A stretch of DNA of 64,000 nucleotides from contig CAWCTR010000004.1 of NCBI GenBank assembly GCA_963798485.1, forward strand, positions 192,001 through 256,000. Reading direction: 5' to 3'. This DNA comes from an uncultured delta proteobacterium. Its GTDB lineage: Bacteria > Desulfobacterota > Desulfomonilia > UBA1062. The position numbers were made by a program, and so were the translations under genes. Shown here piece after piece: positions 20,763 to 29,361 of this stretch. Under the pieces are notes generated by a model that was not told where the DNA came from, did not search any database, and was given only the letters and a program-made list of their open reading frames with translations. Numbering within the stretch: the first letter of the stretch is position 1; every line of letters starts with the position of its first letter.

Positions 20763-20836
20763 GCCCCTTTCTCTCGCTTTATAAGCATCGTGCCAACAAA
20801 AACACGTTGTCACGCTGCTTGCAACGTTCCAGGGGC
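20763..20836 (+). promoter_or_regulatory. Conserved upstream hairpin copy C (before ardC)
   Basis: GCCCCT...AAGCATCGTGCCA-12nt-TGTCACGCTGCTTGCA...AGGGGC. Confidence 0.65.
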
Positions 20837-20940
20837 TTTCTACAAGGAGGCTTCGCGGTCTTTTATCTCCGATTTTTCTCAACCCATGAATCAGGGGTGA
20901 ACGGGTTGAAAAAATTAATTTATTAGAGGAGGAAAGACCA

Positions 20941-21822
20941 ATGGCAAACGTATTCGAGATCGTGACTGAGCAGATTTTAAATCATTTATGTGCTGGTGTT
21001 ATCCCCTGGAGAAAACCCTGGACCAGCAAAATCCTGCTTCCCCTTAACCTGGTGACAGGCAAGAAGTATAGAGGCATCAATGTATGGTTGCTCCTTGCTT
21101 CCAGTTATGCCTCTCCCTACTGGCTCACCTTCAACCAGGTCAAGACCCTCGGGGGGACCATCAAGAAGGGTGAGAAAAGCTCTATCGTGGTTTTCTGGAA
21201 CTTCAAGGAAGTAGACGAGCTCAACGAGGCAACAGGTGCGATGGAAAAGAAAAATATACCTTTCTTGAAGTACTATCGGGTATTCAATGCCGTTCAGTGT
21301 GAAGGGATAACCTGCCCTGACCAGCCGGAAGAGGCTCACGCGGACCCCATAGCCGAAGCGGAGGCAATTATAGAAGGATACAAGGGAAGACCTGAAATAA
21401 AGCATGGTTTTGTCAAGGCATGCTATAATCTGGCAGAGGATCTGATAAAGATGCCCAACAAGGCTGCATTTGTGAACCAGGAAAATTATTTCAGTACCAT
21501 TTACCATGAGCTAACCCACGCCACTGGCGCAATATCCAGGCTCAACCGTGAAACACTCACGACACCAGCGGCTTTCGGATCGAAGAACTACGCAAGAGAA
21601 GAGCTTATAGCCGAGATGGGGGCTGCCTACCTGTGCGCGATCACCGGCATTGCCCATGCCACCATTGAGAACTCAGCGGCATATATTCAGGGATGGAGGG
21701 ACACTATCAGCAAGGACTCTAAGCTTGTCGTCCTGGCCGCAGCCCAAGCACAGAAGGCAGTCAATCACATCATCGGTCAGCAAGATGATGATTACCACGA
21801 GGATAAAGAGGGGCAGGGGTAA
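20941..21822 (+). CDS. ardC: ArdC family antirestriction/ssDNA-binding protein with zincin-like domain
   Basis: IPWRKPW, YRGIN, WLTFNQ, VFNAVQ, HELTHATG, YAREELIAE, YIQGW. Confidence 0.93.
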   Translation: MANVFEIVTEQILNHLCAGVIPWRKPWTSKILLPLNLVTGKKYRGINVWLLLASSYASPYWLTFNQVKTLGGTIKKGEKSSIVVFWNFKEVDELNEATGAMEKKNIPFLKYYRVFNAVQCEGITCPDQPEEAHADPIAEAEAIIEGYKGRPEIKHGFVKACYNLAEDLIKMPNKAAFVNQENYFSTIYHELTHATGAISRLNRETLTTPAAFGSKNYAREELIAEMGAAYLCAITGIAHATIENSAAYIQGWRDTISKDSKLVVLAAAQAQKAVNHIIGQQDDDYHEDKEGQG

Positions 21823-21981
21823 TATCCTGCCCCCCGGGCCGCCGGGCTTCGCCCGGTTTATGGGAAAACTGAACAACCAGGGAAAAAATCCCCATAGGAT
21901 TTTTATCAATAGGCCTTTATCATACCGTCACATGCCGGTAAATCTTGGAGGGAATACCGGCATGTGACACGAGGAGGGTTG

Positions 21982-22254
21982 TCATTTTACGGCATCCTTT
22001 AAAGCTTTCCCAGCCTTGAATCTTGGGGTCTTGCTGGCTTTGATCTTTATCTTCTGTCTGGTCTGTGGGTTCACGCCCTCACGGGCCGCTCGATTGGCCA
22101 CATCAAAAGTACCGAACCCTACCAAGGTGACCTTGTCGCCTTTCTTGACTGCGCCCTGAATCGCATCCGTAAGTGCATCGATTGCTTCTGAGACTTTTGC
22201 CTTTGGGAGTCCTGCTTTGTTAGAAACTACATCAACCAATTCAGTTTTCGTCAT
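21982..22254 (-). CDS. hup: HU family DNA-binding protein (copy 2)
   Basis: MTKTELV...GDKVTLVGFGTF...REGVNPQT...RFKAGKALKD. Confidence 0.94.
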   Translation of the reverse strand: MTKTELVDVVSNKAGLPKAKVSEAIDALTDAIQGAVKKGDKVTLVGFGTFDVANRAAREGVNPQTRQKIKIKASKTPRFKAGKALKDAVK

Positions 22255-22700
22255 GATAGATCCTCCTCATTTATATACCGGCATCCTTGCTGTAGGCTGA
22301 CCGGTTTGTATTTCTGAATATATCGATAGCGAAAAGATGTCATCTGTTTCTTTCAACTGATGAGATGGGGTCAATACCCTGTTATTGATTATCGATTTAT
22401 CATTATGATGATATCAATAACGATATTTCGCGAGTTTGCCTTCTATACAGCTTCACTGGAGCAAGCCCTAAATGATAATCGCCTGGACAGGAGGATTGTT
22501 TTTCCCGACCAGGCGATGAAGATATGAAATTAAGTTTATGGCTTGATCTTTTATTTGGGGTAAATCTCTTCTCGCCTTAATGGGCCATGCGGCTGTGTCA
22601 TTTGAACAAGAACCTACGGTTGTGTCATTTTTTAATTCTTAACTGTAGGTTCTTGTACGCTCGCTCCCGCTAGTCAACTAGGGTCGTTTCTTCGTTGGGC

Positions 22701-22934
22701 TCATTTTGGTTTTTTGCTATCTGCCGCAGCTTTCTTACTTCCCTTTTCCACCACATCTTTAGAAACTGTTTTTGCTGAGGAAGCCTTTTTTGCCTTAACT
22801 GAAACGGCAGGCGCAAGCCTGGAATGCACTATCTTTTCAGCTTCCAACCAATGCTCTATTTCACGGCCAGAAACGCAGCCACCCTTCTCATAAAGCTCAT
22901 AAGCAGTTTTCTCGATCTCTTGCCTCTTGTCCAT
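22701..22934 (-). CDS. DUF2934 family protein
   Basis: IEKTAYELYEK.G...GREIEHWLEAE with a Lys/Ala-rich tail; AGGAGG RBS. Confidence 0.8.
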   Translation of the reverse strand: MDKRQEIEKTAYELYEKGGCVSGREIEHWLEAEKIVHSRLAPAVSVKAKKASSAKTVSKDVVEKGSKKAAADSKKPK

Positions 22935-22949
22935 TTGAAAACCTCCTTT

Positions 22950-23180
22950 TCATAAAATTACTGTCCTAGATCCTTCCATCCGCTTTCTCTCAATCCATTG
23001 AAGTGCATCCTGAGGACTGTCAAACTCCTTCCCCGTATTCTCTTCTTTTCCGTCCTTATCAACCAACGCTAGATATTTATCTCCGGACAAACCTTTCTGC
23101 TTCCGGATATGCCCTATGAGCTTGTCATCATCGTAGACATGAAAAGTGGAACCACCATCACGAGAGTTTAATGCGATCAT
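22950..23180 (-). CDS. Hypothetical protein
   Basis: Compact ORF with AAGGGA RBS upstream of DUF2934. Confidence 0.55.
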   Translation of the reverse strand: MIALNSRDGGSTFHVYDDDKLIGHIRKQKGLSGDKYLALVDKDGKEENTGKEFDSPQDALQWIERKRMEGSRTVIL

Positions 23181-23787
23181 TATTTCCCTTTCAGCAGAAT
23201 ATCTATCTGCTCTGCATTGCATCAATCACGTACCTGGGCGCAATGTGCCTGAGATACCTGTTCGTAGGCTGCAGGGACATATGCCCACTCATTTGACATG
23301 ACCTTCTGAAATATTAACAGTAGGTTTCCAGATTCTCCAAACAACCTGTTTCTATAAGAATAGACGAAACTAAAGAACAGACGATACAGAAACAAGGCAA
23401 ATAATTCTACCATTGCAGCAATCCCGTACACCGTCTGGAAAAGATAATGATAAGACGATGAGAGATTTTGCTGGTGTTGGGTTGAGATCTTTTTCATATT
23501 TTAGGTTCTGCTACCTATGTCTTTATAAAGGGAATTGGATTCATCCGTGATTTTCATATGCTCGTCAAGGCCGCTTCTTCAAAGAGTCGGCATAGTTTTG
23601 CTGATTTCAGCTCGTGAGAGTAACACAATGAAGAACTCATCCATCTCATCGATCTTCTGATTCTGTTGATCAAGAATGGTTTCGTGACTCTCCTTGCGGA
23701 AGTATATCTCCTGCATGTCACTGATCAGGGCAGATCTTATATCTTACCGTATAATCTCACTCACCTGAGACGATAATTCCTGCTCAT

Positions 23788-24051
23788 TCATGAGGCATCA
23801 CCCTTTGGTGGTAGGTTAAAGAGAGCCCGGTCAATATCACGGACAAGGAAGCCGTCTATAAGCTTTACCAGTTCATCTTCTTTGTCTTTGTACTTCACAT
23901 CCAGGAAGTAAGCGCCCACAAGGATCTTCTTCCGAGTGTCCTCGGCCCGTTCCTTCTTCTTCACGCGGGATTTAGCGCTGGCAATCTGTTGTTCGAGCTT
24001 TTCTTTTTTCTGCAGAAGTTTACTGAGAGAATCTGATTTTTTCGGTTGCAT
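23788..24051 (-). CDS. Relaxosome accessory mobilization protein (MobC/MobS/TraD-like)
   Basis: KKERAEDTRKKILVGA...DRALFNL; divergent from the relaxase across oriT. Confidence 0.8.
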   Translation of the reverse strand: MQPKKSDSLSKLLQKKEKLEQQIASAKSRVKKKERAEDTRKKILVGAYFLDVKYKDKEDELVKLIDGFLVRDIDRALFNLPPKGDAS

Positions 24052-24230
24052 TCTGCCCTCACTAGTATTAAATTCATAACAGTTTGATATGTAATACCTT
24101 ATGAGAGGTTAGAAGTCAATGATAAGAAAACCAACGCCCTCCTTTACAACTCGGACGCGAAATTTACGAACGAACCGTAAGGACTAAAACCAACGTGAGA
24201 ATGAGCACTGAGCTAAAACTGAGTGAAGCG

Positions 24231-24267
24231 AAAGGCGCACATACATGTCGCAAGCGACATATGCGCT
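24231..24267 (-). other. MOBQ-type oriT
   Basis: Bottom strand has inverted repeat ATGTCGC-TT-GCGACAT then TATGTGCG^CCT, resembling the RSF1010 nic TAAGTGCG^CCCT. Confidence 0.75.
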
Positions 24268-24296
24268 TAGTGCAGAAGCTGAGGAAGTGGCAATAA

Positions 24297-27215
24297 ATGG
24301 CGTGTTATCATATCCAGGTTAAAATAATCAGCAGAGGAGGAGGCAAATGCGCCATCTCCGCCGCCGCATACCGCTCGCGGGATAAACTCTATGATGAACG
24401 CCTGGACATGACATTCGATTATACGAAGAAGAAGGACCTCGCCTATGAAGAGATCCTCCTTCCGGAAAACGCACCGGAAAGACTGAAAGACCGGCAGACT
24501 CTCTGGAATGAAGTTGAAAGAGTCGAGAAGAGAAAAGACGCACGCCTCTCCCGGGAAGTCGAGTTAGCTCTTCCCAAAGAGTTAAACTTCGAACAACAGG
24601 TAGCTCTCGTAAAAGAATATGCACAGTCCCAATTCGTGGATAAAGGCATGATAGCCGACATCTGCATTCACAAGAGCGATAAAAATCCTCATGTTCATAT
24701 CATGCTTACCACAAGAGAAGTCACCAGGGATGGCTTCGGGAAAAAAGTAACCGCCTGGAATGATAAAGCAGAACTACTGAAATGGCGGGAAGAGTGGGCG
24801 AATATCCAGAACAGGAAATTGCTGGAAGCAGGTCATGATATCCAGGTTGACCATAGGAGCTTTGCAGATAGAGGCATTGACCTTGAGCCTACATCGAAGA
24901 TCGGGATCGCAGCAAAATACCTGCCCAAAGGCTACCTCCATCTGCAAGAAACCCGAGGACTTGATCGCCTCGAAGAGTACCAGAGGATATGCAGAGAGAA
25001 TGGGGAACGGATTATCAACGATCCGGCAAAAGCCTTGAAGCTTGTTGGGCATTACGATGCAGTATTCAAGCGGGAAGACATCATGGATTTTGCTTTCCGG
25101 CACAGTGCGGATGCAGATCAGTTCAACCGGGTTTTCTCTGCCCTTGAGAACAGTCCCGAGCTTATCAAGATCGGGAAGAACGAGAAGGGAGAAGACCTGT
25201 TCTCCACCCGAACCATGATGATAAGCGAGAAGACCATGCTCGATAATGCAAGGGCTATGAAATCTTCAAACGAACACGTCCTGGAGCAGGCTATCATCAA
25301 CCAGACAGCGAAGAACTACACCATGAGCGAGGAGCAGGAAAAGGCATTCAGAAACATTGCAGAGGGCGGCGATATCTCCGTCATGATCGGTCGTGCGGGA
25401 ACAGGAAAAAGCTATACTCTCGGAGCTGTCAAAGAAGCATATGAAGCAGGAGGATATCGGGTAAGAGGCCTTGCACTTTCAGGCATCGCAGCAGAGGGAC
25501 TTCAGAATGAAAGCGGCATCGAAAGCACAACCATCTTCAGGCAGTTGGATGACTGGGAAAATGAGAGAAATGTACTGAGCAAAGACCTGATCCTGGTGAT
25601 AGATGAAGCCGGTATGGTTGGCACCCGGCAGATGCATAAGATCTTGGAACAAGCCCATGAAGTAGGATCAAAAGTGATCCTTGTGGGAGACAATGAACAG
25701 CTTCAGTCAATCGAGGCAGGAGGATCATTCAGAGGTATCATCCAGAGAACCGGATACGTGGAACTTGCAGAAGTGAGAAGACAACATATCGATTGGCAGA
25801 AACAGGCAACCGTAGAATTCTCCGGCAACAAAGAACAATCAGAGAAAGCCCTGGAAATGTACCACGACCATGGTCATATCCATGAACTCCAGACCAGGCA
25901 GGATGCCAAGGATAAGATGCTCAAAGAGTGGGCGGATCAACAACAACTCTCAAAACAGAAACACGAAACCAGCCTCATGATGGCTTACACGAATAGGGAT
26001 GTAAATGAACTGAACCAGGGGGCGAGAGAACACAGAAAAATGCACGGAGAACTTCGAGGCTACGAACACACATTCATGACAGAAAAAGGAGAGAGAAAAT
26101 TCTGCACCGGAGACAGGATTATCTTCCTCAGGAATGAGCATTCTTTAGGAGTAAGAAATGGTTCTCTCGGCACAGTAGAGATCATCAACCGGGGAGCCAT
26201 ATCCGTCAAACTCGATAAAGGAGACAGAGTCGCTATCGATACTTCCATGTACAAAGATTTCGATCACGGTTATGCAGCCACCGTGCATAAAACTCAAGGC
26301 TCAACCCTTGACCATACCTTTGTGCTCGGCTCACGTCATTTTGATAAGCATACAGCGTACGTTGCCATGAGCAGACAGAGAGAGAATGTGACCATGTACT
26401 ATGGCAAGGATGAGTTCAGGAATTTTGAAGACCTGCAGAGGGTCATGAGCAGAGAACGGCCTAAGAGTCTGGTCGTGGATTATGGGCTACCGAGAGGCAT
26501 TGAGGTAGATAACAGAGTCATCGAGGCTGAGAAAGTTCTGACTCATGAAGAAAGACGCATCCAGGCCCAGGAATGGCAACAGCAAAGAGACCAGGAACAG
26601 TATGTCAAACAAATGAAGGAAAGGGGCATTCAAGTTGAATTCCCCAAGGATAAATCTGTATCCGGATATTTTGAGAGAGTGAAAGAAGTCGGAGGTAAGA
26701 GTTATGCTGTTATCGATACGCACGCCAATCCGACTAAGGGAATTCGTTACCTGATACCCTACGAGAAGCAATACGATCAAATGCAGAGGCACCACTATGT
26801 AGCCTATGATGGGAAGGAAATGGGATATGCTAAAAAGAGCAGAACTCCTGAGAAGGAAATACAACAGCAAGTTTCTCAGGAGAAGCAGGGAGAAAAAGGC
26901 ATATCGACACCTGACCGGAAGCTTACTCCGGAAGAATTTAATTACTGCCAGCGAATGCAGGATAGAGGGCTTAAGGTTGACTTTCCAAGAGAAAGTGCTG
27001 TGGAAGGCTATTACACAAAAATAGAAGAACTCGGCGGCAATAAATATGCAGTGATTGAATCGAAGGGTGTTCGCTACATGGTGTCCTATGACAAGCAATA
27101 CGATCAGATGCAGATGCACCGGTATGTTTCATATGACGGGCAAACGATACATTCTGCAAAGGCCCCCTCGATAAAAATAGAAAAAAATCAGGGGCTGGAA
27201 CTTGGAAAGAAGTAA
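24297..27215 (+). CDS. traA: Ti-type TraA relaxase-helicase (MobA/MobL + RecD-like helicase)
   Basis: SAAAYRS, NPHVHIMLTTR, GRAGTGKS, VIDEAGMV, LVGDNEQL, YAATVHKTQG. Confidence 0.95.
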   Translation: MACYHIQVKIISRGGGKCAISAAAYRSRDKLYDERLDMTFDYTKKKDLAYEEILLPENAPERLKDRQTLWNEVERVEKRKDARLSREVELALPKELNFEQQVALVKEYAQSQFVDKGMIADICIHKSDKNPHVHIMLTTREVTRDGFGKKVTAWNDKAELLKWREEWANIQNRKLLEAGHDIQVDHRSFADRGIDLEPTSKIGIAAKYLPKGYLHLQETRGLDRLEEYQRICRENGERIINDPAKALKLVGHYDAVFKREDIMDFAFRHSADADQFNRVFSALENSPELIKIGKNEKGEDLFSTRTMMISEKTMLDNARAMKSSNEHVLEQAIINQTAKNYTMSEEQEKAFRNIAEGGDISVMIGRAGTGKSYTLGAVKEAYEAGGYRVRGLALSGIAAEGLQNESGIESTTIFRQLDDWENERNVLSKDLILVIDEAGMVGTRQMHKILEQAHEVGSKVILVGDNEQLQSIEAGGSFRGIIQRTGYVELAEVRRQHIDWQKQATVEFSGNKEQSEKALEMYHDHGHIHELQTRQDAKDKMLKEWADQQQLSKQKHETSLMMAYTNRDVNELNQGAREHRKMHGELRGYEHTFMTEKGERKFCTGDRIIFLRNEHSLGVRNGSLGTVEIINRGAISVKLDKGDRVAIDTSMYKDFDHGYAATVHKTQGSTLDHTFVLGSRHFDKHTAYVAMSRQRENVTMYYGKDEFRNFEDLQRVMSRERPKSLVVDYGLPRGIEVDNRVIEAEKVLTHEERRIQAQEWQQQRDQEQYVKQMKERGIQVEFPKDKSVSGYFERVKEVGGKSYAVIDTHANPTKGIRYLIPYEKQYDQMQRHHYVAYDGKEMGYAKKSRTPEKEIQQQVSQEKQGEKGISTPDRKLTPEEFNYCQRMQDRGLKVDFPRESAVEGYYTKIEELGGNKYAVIESKGVRYMVSYDKQYDQMQMHRYVSYDGQTIHSAKAPSIKIEKNQGLELGKK

Positions 27216-27325
27216 GTCGGAGAGGTTTAACTGAAGATCGTATCTGGTGGCACAAGATCATCACTTTCTCCGGGCTTTTGGAAGCGATGATTTTATTGCA
27301 TAATTTTCATTATATTTATTAGGAG

Positions 27326-27354
27326 CATTCGTGAATAAGTTTTGAAACACGTTC
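27326..27354. repeat. 29-bp direct repeat, copy 1 (copy 2 at 45320-45348)
   Basis: CATTCGTGAATAAGTTTTGAAACACGTTC exact at both positions. Confidence 0.85.
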
Positions 27355-27547
27355 AAGTAAAAGTAATCAACCATTGAAGAATTGGTTATATGAAAGTCCT
27401 ATATAGGACTCTTATGAAGCTGGGGACAAACACCAGTATAGTTTATGTCTTACATTTCAATAACTTTTTGTAAAATTCTGATTTTTCTCGATTATTACTA
27501 GGGTCTTCCTAGAGACAATCTGGTGAAAGTTATGTATAGGACCATGC

Positions 27548-28156
27548 ATGAAACATCGGATATCTCTCTGTGCCAGTGTGATATGTTTCGCATTTTTTCT
27601 TTTTGTGCCCTTCGCATGGTCCCATCCCCATGTCTTTCTTGATGCCACTGCGAGGATGGTCTTTGATAATAAAGGACTTGCAGGGTTCCGTATCCAGTGG
27701 GTTTTCGATGAAATGTTCAGCAGCATGATCATCCTTGATTTCGACAAGAACGGAACTGGACGTTTTGATCCTCAGGAGATGGCACGTTTGCAGAAAGACG
27801 TCTTCATGAAGCTGCGGGATCTCGACTTCTTCACCCATATCAAGATAGACGGAAAGGCCTTCAAGATAAGCTCCGTAAATGATTTCACCGCTGAAATCAG
27901 AGACGGCACAGTGGTCTACCGTTTCTTTGTACCTTGCCATGTTCCAGCGAGTGGTTCGTTCCACGAGGTGAAGCTGTCCCTCTATGACCTGTCGTACTAT
28001 CACAGTGTGACCCTGGGAAAAGATCCCGTCACCTATGAAAACAATCTCTTGTATGATATAACCCAGCGAATCGAAACGAACAAGAATGAGGCATATTATT
28101 ACGACCAGATCTATCCAGAAGAGATCACACTGAGGTTCAGGAAAAAAAATGGTTAG
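27548..28156 (+). CDS. DUF1007 family periplasmic metal-binding protein
   Basis: Signal peptide, HPHVF, WVFDEMFS. Confidence 0.85.
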   Translation: MKHRISLCASVICFAFFLFVPFAWSHPHVFLDATARMVFDNKGLAGFRIQWVFDEMFSSMIILDFDKNGTGRFDPQEMARLQKDVFMKLRDLDFFTHIKIDGKAFKISSVNDFTAEIRDGTVVYRFFVPCHVPASGSFHEVKLSLYDLSYYHSVTLGKDPVTYENNLLYDITQRIETNKNEAYYYDQIYPEEITLRFRKKNG

Positions 28157-29048
28157 GCCTGTCATCTACCTGCTGTGCCTCATTTTCCTGATCCTGTCGG
28201 TTCAGCAGGGCATGGCCAGGTACCCTTTTCATCATCCCGGGGCCACTGAACAGCTTGTCTCCAGCAATTCGCCTCAGAGTTCATTTTTAGAGACGATCAT
28301 CCACTGGCAACAGCAACTAAAGGAGAAGATGGTACCCATGATCCGGGGCGCCAGAACAACGCATAATGTCGGACCGCTGCTGGTGGCATTCATGATAGCC
28401 TTCGTATACGGTGTTCTCCACGCGGCTGGTCCCGGACACGGCAAGGTGGTGACGATGTCGTACGTCCTGTCAAGGAACGCATCCATGGTTAGTGGGCTTT
28501 TGTTTGGGACCTTGACCGCTTTTTCCCATGGATTTTCTGCTGTGATCTGCGTCTTTGGGATACGATACGTTCTTCAGAAAGGATTTTTTGGGACATTCGA
28601 GACTATTTCCCACACAACACAGATCGTGAGTTTCAGCCTCATTGCCCTTATCGGGTTTGGTATACTCCTAAAGAGCGGCTATTCGCTGTTCGGTAAGGCC
28701 GGACAAGGGGCAAGACTCGATGAAATAAAACCGGCTGAACCTAAAAGGGCATTCGTGCCATGGGCCGTTACAATAGGCTTGGTGCCCTGTCCTGCGGTAG
28801 TGATGGTACTCCTCTTCTGTCTTTCCATGAACATGCTGTCCCTCGGTATTCTCTTGGCCGGATTCATCTCTCTCGGTATGGCATGCACGATCTCAGCAGT
28901 GGTCATTGCAGTAATCATGGGGAAGGATTTCTCTCTGAACAGGTTCCCGGAGAAACGGGTGAAAACGGTTGAAGGAATCCTTAGTATGGGCTCAGGGATA
29001 GCGATGATGGCCCTTGGGCTGCTCTTTCTCGGTGCGGTCATAGTGTGA
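28149..29048 (+). CDS. Ni/Co transporter (NicO/RcnA/HoxN-like)
   Basis: YGVLHAAGPGHGK, GLVPCP. Confidence 0.88.
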   Translation: MVRPVIYLLCLIFLILSVQQGMARYPFHHPGATEQLVSSNSPQSSFLETIIHWQQQLKEKMVPMIRGARTTHNVGPLLVAFMIAFVYGVLHAAGPGHGKVVTMSYVLSRNASMVSGLLFGTLTAFSHGFSAVICVFGIRYVLQKGFFGTFETISHTTQIVSFSLIALIGFGILLKSGYSLFGKAGQGARLDEIKPAEPKRAFVPWAVTIGLVPCPAVVMVLLFCLSMNMLSLGILLAGFISLGMACTISAVVIAVIMGKDFSLNRFPEKRVKTVEGILSMGSGIAMMALGLLFLGAVIV

Positions 29049-29361
29049 AACCGATGCCGGATAATACGACAGGGTTGCATACATACCCGCCCAGGATAAG
29101 ACGTCGAGGATGAAAACCCCTGAACAGAGGGCGGTGATAGCCCGACATATGGCCCCTCATTGCAGGAGGGTTGGGGTTAGGCCAATAGCTATATATCCCT
29201 CAAGGTATTCCTGATCGATCTAACCGTTAGATTATGCCATGTGTCACAATGCTGAGCTGGTCCGATCTTTTCATATATCTTATGTCGATATCACCAGTTT
29301 TAGGCATTTCAAAAGCACTCATCTATGGAAGATTATATACTGATAGCTTCTGACTGGTGGA

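Larger units (their letters stand above)
17120..27215. mobile_element. Backbone of an integrative mobilizable element (cargo probably extends rightward; far end not seen)
   Basis: att + tyrosine integrase + xis + ArdC + oriT + MOBQ relaxase; no T4SS, coupling protein or Rep recognised. Confidence 0.85.

Noticed and set aside
23222-23791. Gene(s) coupled downstream of the mobC-like gene
   Set aside because: ATG at 23791 overlaps the stop codon but hits TAA after 15 codons and further stops; probably decayed and of unidentifiable family
17203-27215. Prophage
   Set aside because: No capsid, terminase or tail genes; relaxase and oriT indicate a mobilizable element
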